A stretch of DNA of 39,115 bases from IMG/VR virus record IMGVR_UViG_3300025327_000007; one strand, given 5' to 3'. This stretch comes from a virus. Made by a program: the position numbers and the translations under genes. Under the pieces are notes generated by a model that did no database searches, had not been told where the DNA came from, and was given only the letters and a program-made list of their open reading frames with translations. Positions 15,247 to 23,359 of the stretch are shown one piece after another (positions within the stretch are counted from its first letter, which is position 1; each line of letters opens with the position of its first letter).

Positions 15247-15536
15247 CACCACACCTCGGGCGCGCACCCGCCCGCCTGATATCCGTGCAGGTACTGCTGC
15301 CCGAAGTCGAGCAGCACGAAGCGCCCCCCAGCCTGGTCGCACAGGAAGTACAGCACCATCCGCTTGTCCCGATAGAGGATGTTCCCGGTTGGTGCCTGCT
15401 GAATCGTCGTCGGGATCGGCTGGGTCGCCGGCTTCACCGGCTTCGCCGCGCCTAGGCCGCCGGCTCCAGCAATCCACCCGAGCAGCGCAGTCGCCGAGCA
15501 GAACAGGAGCAGCTCGATCAGGCGTACCCGATCCAT
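15246..15536 (-). CDS. Signal-anchor/secreted hypothetical protein (96 aa)
   Basis: Tracked ORF with N-terminus MDRVRLIELLLFCSATALLGWIAGAGG. Confidence 0.55.
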   Translation of the reverse strand: MDRVRLIELLLFCSATALLGWIAGAGGLGAAKPVKPATQPIPTTIQQAPTGNILYRDKRMVLYFLCDQAGGRFVLLDFGQQYLHGYQAGGCAPEVW

Positions 15537-17332
15537 TATTCCCTCGCGTACGTCAGCAGGTTCGGGCCCACGACCCCGGTCAGCGTGTCGGGCGTGGCGC
15601 TCGCCAGCACGCAGCGCATGACCTCGACCGGGTCACCCGTGGTGCGCTGCGCGCAGAGCGCAGCGACACCTGCGGCGTGAGGGGAGGCCATGCTCGTCCC
15701 GCTGAAAGTGATTGAGCCGCCCCCGCGTCGTGCTGCCTCGATGTCCATGCCAGGACCATAGAGGTCAGTGCAAGGACCGCCGTTGCTGAAATCGGCCCCG
15801 CGATCGTTTCGTGGGTCCATGGCGCCGAGAGTTAACGCCAGATCCACACGGGCCGGCGAGGATCCGCAGGCATCGGCGCCATCGTTACCAGCTGCGACCA
15901 CGACCGTGAGGCCATCCGCGATGGCAGCGCAGACCGCAGCGTCGAGAGCAGGCGCAGGCGAGCCGCCGAGCGACATGTTGAGCACGCCGTTCCAACCGCC
16001 AGCCTTCCGATTCGCCGCAGCCCATTGGATACCACGGACTACGTCGGAATCGGAACCGCTGCCTTGCTCGTTCAACATCCGCACCGAGTGCAGAGTGACA
16101 CGTTTCGCGATGCCGTACTGTGTACCACCCGTGATAGAAGCCACGTGCGTCCCATGGTTGTGACGGTCCTCGCAGCCACCAAAGGTGTGCGCAGTGAAGC
16201 ACTCCCCCAGACGTCCAGCGAATTCGGAATGCTGCGAGTCGATGCCCGTGTCTCCGATGTACGCATGGATGCCCTCTCCAGTCCCAACGGGAACGAAGAT
16301 GCCGTCAAGAGGCAAGTCGCGCTGATCCGAGCGATCGAGACCGGGCGTGACAGACACGGTCAAATGTGATACTGTCTGTCCATGCACGCTCGAAACTCCG
16401 GATCCTTCCGGCCTGGGCACAAGACGTGGAACAAAGGACTGCTGAGACCACGCAGCGAACTCGGCGTCCGCTTCCAGAAGTACATACGGCCAGTGAACAC
16501 GGGCTGCCATCTCTGGACTGGAGGCTTCGCGCACGGATATGGACGCTTCCGTTTCACCACGGACGAAAGCAGAAATGCCCATCGTGTGGCTTACGAGTTG
16601 TTCGTTGGCCCGATCCCGACGGGGATGCAAGTCCATCACATCTGTGGAACGCGTGCTTGCGTCAACCCCGATCATCTGCGACTGATGACCATCGGACAGC
16701 ACACCTCGCATCATTTCCGAGGCAAGCCGAAGCGTGGTCTGCGGTGTCGCAATGGACACGAACTCTCGGCCGCGAACCTGCGAGAGGTCTATCCTCCGAA
16801 TCGCCCTGGACCTTCCATGCAATGCCGTCTCTGCGAGCGAGATCGAGGACTGCGTTGGCGAAGCCGCCACCCCGAGACCTATCGGGCCGGATACACCAGA
16901 AGCAACTTGCGACGCCAGAACCAACACACCTGAGCGCGTACTCTTGCGCCCGTCTTGCTGGACGTACGCCACCTCCGGATCGAGCGCTACCTGCGAGGCG
17001 CCCGCCGCTGTCGTCACCGCGCTGAAACCGAGGCTCCCGAGCGTCTGCACCTGGCTCAGCACCGAGTACCGGGCGGCGACCGCCTGCACCTCAGCCTGGG
17101 TCCGCACCGACTGTGCCCCCACGCGCGGACGCAGCACGACGATGTATCTGCCCTCGATCGGCTCGGCCACGGAGATCACGCCGCGCAGCGCGGGAGGCGC
17201 GGAGCAGACATAGGGCGTCTCCGGCTGCGGCGTCGGGATCGGGAAGGGCGGGCTCGGGATGGGGATCGGGAAGCCACCTCCGCACGACACCAGCAGCAGG
17301 CACAGTACGATCGCGATAGCGTGTCGAATCAA
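15536..17332 (-). CDS. Subtilisin-like (S8) serine protease lipoprotein with I9-type propeptide and a ~200-aa insert
   Basis: Catalytic triad DTGID / HGTHVAS / GTSMASPH. GGAGG lies 6 nt upstream of TTG 17332, giving MIRHAIAIVLCLLLVSC (lipobox). The insert is the antisense of the HNH gene. Confidence 0.8.
   Translation of the reverse strand: MIRHAIAIVLCLLLVSCGGGFPIPIPSPPFPIPTPQPETPYVCSAPPALRGVISVAEPIEGRYIVVLRPRVGAQSVRTQAEVQAVAARYSVLSQVQTLGSLGFSAVTTAAGASQVALDPEVAYVQQDGRKSTRSGVLVLASQVASGVSGPIGLGVAASPTQSSISLAETALHGRSRAIRRIDLSQVRGREFVSIATPQTTLRLASEMMRGVLSDGHQSQMIGVDASTRSTDVMDLHPRRDRANEQLVSHTMGISAFVRGETEASISVREASSPEMAARVHWPYVLLEADAEFAAWSQQSFVPRLVPRPEGSGVSSVHGQTVSHLTVSVTPGLDRSDQRDLPLDGIFVPVGTGEGIHAYIGDTGIDSQHSEFAGRLGECFTAHTFGGCEDRHNHGTHVASITGGTQYGIAKRVTLHSVRMLNEQGSGSDSDVVRGIQWAAANRKAGGWNGVLNMSLGGSPAPALDAAVCAAIADGLTVVVAAGNDGADACGSSPARVDLALTLGAMDPRNDRGADFSNGGPCTDLYGPGMDIEAARRGGGSITFSGTSMASPHAAGVAALCAQRTTGDPVEVMRCVLASATPDTLTGVVGPNLLTYARE
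16382..16933 (+). CDS. HNH (HNH_3-type) homing endonuclease nested antisense in the protease ORF
   Basis: CHLWTGGFAHGYGRF..AHRVAYELFVGPIP..VHHICGTRACVNPDHL, plus CRNGH..CRLC. This is the only convincing plus-strand gene. Confidence 0.8.
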   Translation: MHARNSGSFRPGHKTWNKGLLRPRSELGVRFQKYIRPVNTGCHLWTGGFAHGYGRFRFTTDESRNAHRVAYELFVGPIPTGMQVHHICGTRACVNPDHLRLMTIGQHTSHHFRGKPKRGLRCRNGHELSAANLREVYPPNRPGPSMQCRLCERDRGLRWRSRHPETYRAGYTRSNLRRQNQHT

Positions 17333-17464
17333 GCCACACCTCCTTCCTGAAAAGCGCTCACCGAGCAACCCGCCGGCCTGGTAGACTCGCGCCAACCGCA
17401 CCACCAGAGGCGAGAGGACTCGACCCGACTGGACCATGCGCCAGCGGGCTGCTCGCTGAGCGCA

Positions 17465-17779
17465 TCACGGGCACCCAAGCCGGCAACCCGCCGGCCGACC
17501 GGCGGCCACACAGTGACCGTTGCGGGCCGCGGCGGGCAAGCTGAGCCACGCTACACAGTCCGCGCGCCGGTCGTCGGCGTCGTGGTCGCTCACGATCGAC
17601 ACCAGACACGGGCCCACAAGCGCGTTGAACGCCGCTTGTTCGGTCCCGAGCCCACGATCCGTGCGGACGCGCTGAACCGTCACCTGTTCGCGTGCGGTGG
17701 CGTTGTAGGTGTAGCTGGTCTGTGCGACCACGAGTGCGGCTACGAGGAACAGCAGTACGGCGAATGCGACCTTCTTCAC
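17465..17779 (-). CDS. Secreted small protein (104 aa)
   Basis: AGGAGGG lies 4 nt upstream of the GTG. Signal peptide MKKVAFAVLLFLVAALVVAQT. Confidence 0.6.
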   Translation of the reverse strand: MKKVAFAVLLFLVAALVVAQTSYTYNATAREQVTVQRVRTDRGLGTEQAAFNALVGPCLVSIVSDHDADDRRADCVAWLSLPAAARNGHCVAAGRPAGCRLGCP

Positions 17780-17789
17780 GAGCCCTCCT

Positions 17790-18641
17790 TTAGTTGGCGG
17801 AACAAAAGATCACCTTAAGCCATGCTGGACGATTGTCAAACGAATCCCCCGTGAACGTCGGCGCGGAGTTGGACCCCGCAGGCGTCCCCGCACTCAGAGC
17901 TTCGCTCGATCCGCTGAGCGTGTGCGCTGATGGCTGCGTGACGCTGTGGGTAAGCACAGCGCCTGGGCCAGCGGTCGTACCCGTGGCGATACCCGTGCTC
18001 TGGTTCGTAGCGGTCGCGTTCTGGTTCGTGGCTGTTGCGTTGTCGGTGACAGCCGTCGTGGCTGCCGCGGCGTTCGAGCGATCCATGAACGTCCCCGACC
18101 CATCTGTGGTGCCCTCAGCCATCCCATGCTGGTGAGCGTTCTGCGTGTGAGTGTGCGCGTCCTGCGTGTGCGTGTGCGAGACCACGTCGGTGTACGTGTG
18201 CGTGTGGCTCGCATGGTCGCCGACCGCAGTTCCGGCGTGCGCGCTCGTCGCGTAGGTGCCGGTTCCGTGAGCGTGCGTCCCGAGCGCTGAGCCGGTAAAC
18301 GTCGGCGCAGTCACTATCCCGGTCGGCGTGATGTTGTTACTGCCGCCGGTCGTGCCGACGTCTCCCGCACCGTTTGTGGTCCCGAGCAAGAACTTTCCGG
18401 CGAGGCTCGCGACCTCAGTAAAACCGGCAGGGCAGGACCCGCTCACGATCAAGATCACGGCACCTGACGGAAGCGCACCGCCTCCGCACGCAACCGTCGC
18501 GATCTCGCCGCCGACGCGCTTTAGACACTCGCCATCGTTGAGCGTCCCCAGCGATAGCACCGTGCCGGCCTGGTCGATGGCTACGCTGCCCTTGTAGACG
18601 GACTGACCTGACAGCAAACAAGCGACAAGCAGCGTTAGCAT
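17790..18641 (-). CDS. Phage tail-collar-type fibre protein with His-x-His repeats and a signal-like N-terminus
   Basis: MLTLLVACLLSG.. at the N-terminus. Collar-like motifs GAVILIVSGSCPAGF..GKFLLG. HxH-rich stretch HAHGTG..SHTHTYTDVVSHTHTQDAHTHTQNAHQH. Ends ..RPAWLKVIFCSAN. Confidence 0.65.
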   Translation of the reverse strand: MLTLLVACLLSGQSVYKGSVAIDQAGTVLSLGTLNDGECLKRVGGEIATVACGGGALPSGAVILIVSGSCPAGFTEVASLAGKFLLGTTNGAGDVGTTGGSNNITPTGIVTAPTFTGSALGTHAHGTGTYATSAHAGTAVGDHASHTHTYTDVVSHTHTQDAHTHTQNAHQHGMAEGTTDGSGTFMDRSNAAAATTAVTDNATATNQNATATNQSTGIATGTTAGPGAVLTHSVTQPSAHTLSGSSEALSAGTPAGSNSAPTFTGDSFDNRPAWLKVIFCSAN

Positions 18642-19705
18642 CACGGCCTCGCCGGCTGACCTGGCCCAATCAGATCTACGCTCACGTACGCCTCGAGCGT
18701 GGTCTGCACAAGAGACGAAACGGCGTTGAGCGTGAAGTCCGCAGCGTTCGCGGGCGTCGCGGTGTCGCACGCTACCGTCACCGTGAGCGTGCCGGTCGGA
18801 GTGTTGTCTGTCTCCTCTGGCGTGCCCAGGACGCATGTCTCCACAGTTGCGTCCGCTGTTAGCGAGAAAATCACGCGGCCCTGGCGTACCTGCGGCGTGG
18901 CGCCATCCGTCGCATAGATCGTGTACCAGAACACGCCGCCCGTACCGACCTCGGCGGCGACGGGGATCTGCATCACCTTCGTGGCCACTGATTCCGTGAG
19001 CGTGACGTTGTACTTGCGTGCGGTCCCCCAATTGGCGATGGCGTTGTAGCTCGTCGTGTTCTGGACTGCGGAGTGCGCGATGAAAGCCGGATCGGTACAG
19101 GCCGCAGTGCCGCAGGGGCCGTTGTTGAAGTCGAAATTGAAGTCGCCATCTTCGTGCAGGTGCAGACTGTTGGCGGTCGTGGTCACTGTGATCGTGGCCG
19201 CATCAGGAGTCTTGGCTGCGGTTGCGGAAAAGTAGCCTAGGGAACTCACGCCGAAGTAGCCGTTCGAGATGACTGAAAAGTTGTCCGACGTGAGGATGTT
19301 TGATACAGCGTTGTAGCTGAGGTTGGACTCATCGACCAACTGTCCACCTGTGCCAGCATAGGGCACTCTAGGTGTTGTGAGGCCCGCGATCGTGAGCAGA
19401 TTCGCCGCAGAATCGTATGTAAGCCCCGCATCGTCGGCCAACACGCCGCCGGCCCCCACGAACAGGACGCGGGTCGCAGTGCCACCCGTAACGGTCCCGC
19501 CGATCGACATACCCCCACCGCCGCCGCCACCAGGCAGCGGGATGATCTGCGGCAGATACGTCGTTCGCAGTGGAGCCAGGCTCGCAACGTACACGGGACG
19601 TCCGTCCTGGACGGAGCGATCCGGAATGCGCGAGCGGTCTGCCAGATCGGCGCCGAACGCAGGCGCCGAGAGGATCAACAGCAACAGCGAGAGCAGGCGT
19701 CGCAT
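18641..19705 (-). CDS. Fibre-like protein with signal peptide (354 aa)
   Basis: MRRLLSLLLLILSAPAFGADL at the N-terminus, then a G7 tract. Fibre-type repeats LTYDSAANLLTIAG..LSYNAVSNILT. Confidence 0.6.
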   Translation of the reverse strand: MRRLLSLLLLILSAPAFGADLADRSRIPDRSVQDGRPVYVASLAPLRTTYLPQIIPLPGGGGGGGMSIGGTVTGGTATRVLFVGAGGVLADDAGLTYDSAANLLTIAGLTTPRVPYAGTGGQLVDESNLSYNAVSNILTSDNFSVISNGYFGVSSLGYFSATAAKTPDAATITVTTTANSLHLHEDGDFNFDFNNGPCGTAACTDPAFIAHSAVQNTTSYNAIANWGTARKYNVTLTESVATKVMQIPVAAEVGTGGVFWYTIYATDGATPQVRQGRVIFSLTADATVETCVLGTPEETDNTPTGTLTVTVACDTATPANAADFTLNAVSSLVQTTLEAYVSVDLIGPGQPARP

Positions 19706-20091
19706 CAGCGGAAGTACGTCACGGTCAACGTGGCATCCGCAGCGCCCTGGCGGATCGCTCGGAATCGCCTCACGCTCGTTTGACCACAGACGACGAACTT
19801 CACGTTCGTGCTTGTCTCCCACAGCTCTCCCACGGTCGCGGATGGCACCAGCCCTTCCACGCTCACCCGGATGTTGTTGCTCTCGAGCGTGACCTGCGCG
19901 AACTTGACGTCGCCCATGCCGTCGGCGTAGGTGCCCGCGGTGAATGGGAGCGCTGTGGTGGAGATCGTGATCGCTTCGCGCGCGTACGCCTCGACTGGTC
20001 CAGTCACGCCAGGACACACCTGCGCTTGTACGGCTCCTGGCAACAGCACGAATCCGAGCAGCGCTACGATCGCCCGCCATGTCTTTCGCAC
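19705..20091 (-). CDS. Secreted beta-rich protein (128 aa)
   Basis: GGAGGG upstream of GTG 20091. Signal peptide VRKTWRAIVALLGFVLLPGAVQAQ. Confidence 0.6.
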   Translation of the reverse strand: MRKTWRAIVALLGFVLLPGAVQAQVCPGVTGPVEAYAREAITISTTALPFTAGTYADGMGDVKFAQVTLESNNIRVSVEGLVPSATVGELWETSTNVKFVVCGQTSVRRFRAIRQGAADATLTVTYFR

Positions 20092-20099
20092 GTTCCCTC

Positions 20100-20288
20100 C
20101 TACTTCCAAGCTCGTTCCGAGGCGCGTATCGTCTGGAGCGCTTCCAGCGCGTCGACCAGGCGACGGTTGAGTTTCTTCTGAAACTCCCTTTGGCACTGCT
20201 CGCAGAGGACGCCCGACGGTAGCCGCACCGGATGGTCGTCGCCATTCCGGCACAGAGGTTGATCAGGCACCGTCGACGCCTGGCTCAC
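20100..20288 (-). CDS. Small Cys-containing protein (62 aa)
   Basis: GTGA-coupled start VSQASTVPDQPLC..CEQC. Confidence 0.45.
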   Translation of the reverse strand: MSQASTVPDQPLCRNGDDHPVRLPSGVLCEQCQREFQKKLNRRLVDALEALQTIRASERAWK

Positions 20289-20944
20289 GAGAACCTCCGG
20301 GCAGAGTATACCGCTGTCAAGTCCTTTGCTGCACGCCTTTGCGAGGCTGTCGGGACCCCGATCTCGACCTCGATCCCATGCACCAGGCGCATGAGCATAC
20401 GGATCTTCTCGGTTCTTGCGTCGGTACGTTTGCTGCCCTTGGCGTCGAGTACATGCCGACGCCCGCTGTCGGCGTCCGTCCACGAGTAATCGGGTGTGTA
20501 GCTGGCAAACGTACGGCGCGACTCACGGACGCGTTGGGCCCGCGCCCACCACTCGTCCCCTACTTCGTGGCTGCGCTCAATCGCTACCAGGATCTCCTCA
20601 ACCTCGCGCGTCCCGTACAGATCGAGCCGGTACGTCTCGCGCGGCTGATCGTTGCAGCGGCGCAGGTCCCGGATCCGACCCGCACGCTCTTCCTGCGCGA
20701 GCCAGATCCCGATCGCCGCCTCGCTCTCGGACTGACGCAGTCGGCCCGTGTCGTCGCGCGTGGGATTCGCACGCCAGCGTCCGATCTGTACGCGATCCAT
20801 GCAGGACATACAACTCCAGACGCGGTATCGACCCGGGCGGCCGTCACGCAGCGGGTACGCCTTGATCAGGGGACGCTCGCGGTTACAACGTACGCAGAAG
20901 CCGGAGCGCTGGACCCTCACGCGACCGCACTCACGCGACCGCAT
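20285..20944 (-). CDS. Zinc finger + DUF1064-like (putative junction-resolving nuclease)
   Basis: CVRC..CMSC at the N-terminus. SESEAAIGIWL..AGRIRDL and YTPDYSW..HVLDAKGSKRTD resemble the DUF1064 pattern. Confidence 0.45.
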   Translation of the reverse strand: MRSRECGRVRVQRSGFCVRCNRERPLIKAYPLRDGRPGRYRVWSCMSCMDRVQIGRWRANPTRDDTGRLRQSESEAAIGIWLAQEERAGRIRDLRRCNDQPRETYRLDLYGTREVEEILVAIERSHEVGDEWWARAQRVRESRRTFASYTPDYSWTDADSGRRHVLDAKGSKRTDARTEKIRMLMRLVHGIEVEIGVPTASQRRAAKDLTAVYSARRFS

Positions 20945-21350
20945 CCACGGGAAACTCGATCCCACGCTGACGCCCCTCGCGCAGCACGCGCTCCAGGTAC
21001 GTGCTCATCTCCTCGGCGTTCAGATCCGCCAGGCTTGGAAGCTCCGTCCGCTCCTCGCCTGTGAGCCGTGCGAGCACGAGCTGAGGCGCCAGGAACGCAC
21101 GCTTGAGCTCGCGGTGCATCTCGTCGGGATCGTACCCGCACCACTCGGCCCACGCGGGCATGACCGCAGCAAAGTAGAGCGCGAGTTGCGGGTTGGTCTT
21201 GGGCTTCACGTACCTCCGCACCACGACCGTTACGCGTCGGCTCTTCCACTTCGCCAGCCGCCCGCGTGTGGCGTTGACCTGGTCGGGACGCACGTGACCG
21301 CGGTCGTCCACCGACCCGGTGAACACGATCGCCTCGGACTGCTCGCTCAT
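20931..21350 (-). CDS. NinB/Orf-like recombination mediator (tentative)
   Basis: VTVVVRRYVKPKTNPQLALYFAAV..WCGYDPDEMHRELK..EEMSTYLERVL parallels the lambda NinB layout. ATGA coupling. Confidence 0.4.
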   Translation of the reverse strand: MSEQSEAIVFTGSVDDRGHVRPDQVNATRGRLAKWKSRRVTVVVRRYVKPKTNPQLALYFAAVMPAWAEWCGYDPDEMHRELKRAFLAPQLVLARLTGEERTELPSLADLNAEEMSTYLERVLREGRQRGIEFPVDAVA

Positions 21351-21529
21351 GAGGGTTCGATCTCCCGGTAGCGGAACTGCGGAACGTCGATCGCGCGGGG
21401 TCGAGGGCGCCGATCGTCGCGCTCGAAGAGCTTGGCGCGACACGTCATACGCCGTGGCGGGCTCGGCGGCACGTACGCGACGACGAGGCTACCGTCCACG
21501 AACACGAACTCGGCGTTGGGCCCGGTCAT
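21347..21529 (-). CDS. Hypothetical protein (60 aa)
   Basis: ATGA overlaps at both ends. Starts MTGPNAEFVFVDGSLVV.. Confidence 0.4.
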   Translation of the reverse strand: MTGPNAEFVFVDGSLVVAYVPPSPPRRMTCRAKLFERDDRRPRPRAIDVPQFRYREIEPS

Positions 21530-22227
21530 GCCGCGACCTCGAAGCGCTTCAGCTTGTCCACCAAGCCACGGTCCCGGGCCCACGCCACGAACTCCGCGAT
21601 CCACCGCTCGAGTTTCTCGGCCATCTCGGCCTGGCGCCACATGCGGAACACGTGTATCTCCTCGAGACGTGGACCACCCTTGGCGATGCGCAGCTCGCCA
21701 TCGTCGCCCGAGTACAGGCCACCGATCTCGTGCAGCCGATACTCGACCGCCACAGCCCACGGCAACATGTCGAGATAGAATTGCCACTGAAGCGAGTCCC
21801 CGACCTCCACCGGATCCACGTACCCGAACTTGGTTTTGCCCTCGATCAGGATCAACCCGTGCACGGCGTCGACGCGCCCGGCGACCGTGATCGTATCGCC
21901 TCCGATGCGGTAGTCCTTCTCGCAGCGGCGCTCGAACACGCAGCCCTTCGGCCACTCCGCGAGGCACGGATCCACGATGGCCGCCGGCCACGGGATCTCG
22001 CGCTCGACGCCGTCGCTCCCGTGCGGCACGTACAGATACGAGCGATCCGCGATTCGCCAGCGGTCGGGGTCCTGGATGCATGCGTGGAGGGCGGTCCCCC
22101 ACTGTGCCTGCCAGCCGAGGGGCGCTCGCTCGCGGATCGACTTGATGAGCTGCGCCTCGGATGCCCACTCGGTCTCGACGACGCGCCGGAACTCATCGAC
22201 CCGCGACACGGACGCATAGAGGTTCAT
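21526..22227 (-). CDS. PD-(D/E)XK (Cas4/RecB-like) nuclease
   Basis: The GRVDAV..LILIEGKT motif and its position beside the AAA_24 ATPase. Confidence 0.6.
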   Translation of the reverse strand: MNLYASVSRVDEFRRVVETEWASEAQLIKSIRERAPLGWQAQWGTALHACIQDPDRWRIADRSYLYVPHGSDGVEREIPWPAAIVDPCLAEWPKGCVFERRCEKDYRIGGDTITVAGRVDAVHGLILIEGKTKFGYVDPVEVGDSLQWQFYLDMLPWAVAVEYRLHEIGGLYSGDDGELRIAKGGPRLEEIHVFRMWRQAEMAEKLERWIAEFVAWARDRGLVDKLKRFEVAA

Positions 22228-22231
22228 CGCC

Positions 22232-23239
22232 TCACTCGAACTGCTGCGGCTGGCGCCCCTTGGGCGCCGCCTTCGGTTTCTCCTGCTCCTGCTTCGATGC
22301 CGGCTGCGTCTCTTCGGCTTTCGCGCTCGACTTGAAGAACGCCCGCTTGGGCTGGTCGAACTCGAGCCCGAGCGCTTTCGCCCGCCGCCAAAGCAGCGTC
22401 TTAGCCTGGGCGCGCACAGCCTCGTGCGCGATGTCGCTCACCTTGGCGATCTGCCCCGTGAGCGCCACGGCCGTCGCGTCCAGGCCGTCGATGGCGGCGT
22501 GCCAGTCGGCCACCTGCTTCAGCACCGTGAGCTGCTCCTGGCTCAGCGCGTTGAGGTGATCCTTGAGCGGCTGCAGAATCTTGTCCGCCAGGAACGTCGT
22601 GGCTGTTGCGTAGTCGGGCACAACGATCTTGCCCCACGCGGGCGGGTTCTTGCCGATGTGCGCGTCGGTCGCGTTGAAGTCGAGCACGCGGCGCCCGTTC
22701 TCGAGCGAATAGTACGCCATCGCGTCGCTGACCTTGAAGACCTCGCCGGCCGAGCCGCCAACGATGTCCGGGTACACGGCCTTGTTGCCTTCCTTGTCCT
22801 TCTCGATCTTCGCGTGCGAGAGCAGGAGCACGTCCTTGCGCCGGCGCCGGATCGTCGAAAAGAACGTGATGAACCGCTGCTTCATGGCACCCCACCCGCG
22901 CTGATTCAGGCCGCTGAGCGGCGTACCGAGCTTCGCATCGCCTCCGATGATCTCGTTGCTGAGCATGTCGAGTCCCCGGCCGACCGTGTCGAGCGCGAGC
23001 GTCTCAGCCTCGTCGAGCCACGGATGCTTCAGCAGCTCCTCGAGGTCGGACCAGCGCTCCAGACGGACCACGCGCTGACGCCCGAGGCTGCGGTGAGCGC
23101 CGTCGTCGAAGTCGATCAGCAGCACTTTACGCCCCATGTTCGCCAGCGTCGACTTGCCGATCCCGGGGTCGGAGAACACGTGGATCACCACGTTCTCCAC
23201 CTTGATGGCGTCGTGTCCTTCGATCAGTTGTAGGCTCAC
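22232..23239 (-). CDS. AAA_24/Sak4-like RecA-fold ATPase
   Basis: GTGA-coupled start VSLQLIEG... The P-loop HVFSDPGIGKSTLA is followed by VLLIDFDDG. Confidence 0.65.
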   Translation of the reverse strand: MSLQLIEGHDAIKVENVVIHVFSDPGIGKSTLANMGRKVLLIDFDDGAHRSLGRQRVVRLERWSDLEELLKHPWLDEAETLALDTVGRGLDMLSNEIIGGDAKLGTPLSGLNQRGWGAMKQRFITFFSTIRRRRKDVLLLSHAKIEKDKEGNKAVYPDIVGGSAGEVFKVSDAMAYYSLENGRRVLDFNATDAHIGKNPPAWGKIVVPDYATATTFLADKILQPLKDHLNALSQEQLTVLKQVADWHAAIDGLDATAVALTGQIAKVSDIAHEAVRAQAKTLLWRRAKALGLEFDQPKRAFFKSSAKAEETQPASKQEQEKPKAAPKGRQPQQFE

Positions 23240-23346
23240 TTCTTCACCTCCCGCCGGCAGTCCCGGCACAGCTTCGTCGCGACGAGCCGACCAGACGGCG
23301 GCCCGATCCAGCGACGGCAACGCCAGCACCAGTAATACTGCGCCAT
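23236..23346 (-). CDS. 36-aa zinc-ribbon protein
   Basis: GAGGAGG upstream of ATG 23346. Sequence MAQYYWCWRC..CRDC. Confidence 0.5.
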   Translation of the reverse strand: MAQYYWCWRCRRWIGPPSGRLVATKLCRDCRREVKK

Positions 23347-23359
23347 GCTCGCCTCCTCC

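Noticed and set aside
17333-17437. N-terminal 35-aa extension of the protease ORF (start at 17437)
   Set aside because: TTG 17332 has GGAGG at the proper spacing and yields a clean lipoprotein signal peptide. The extension is Arg/Gly-rich and looks non-coding.
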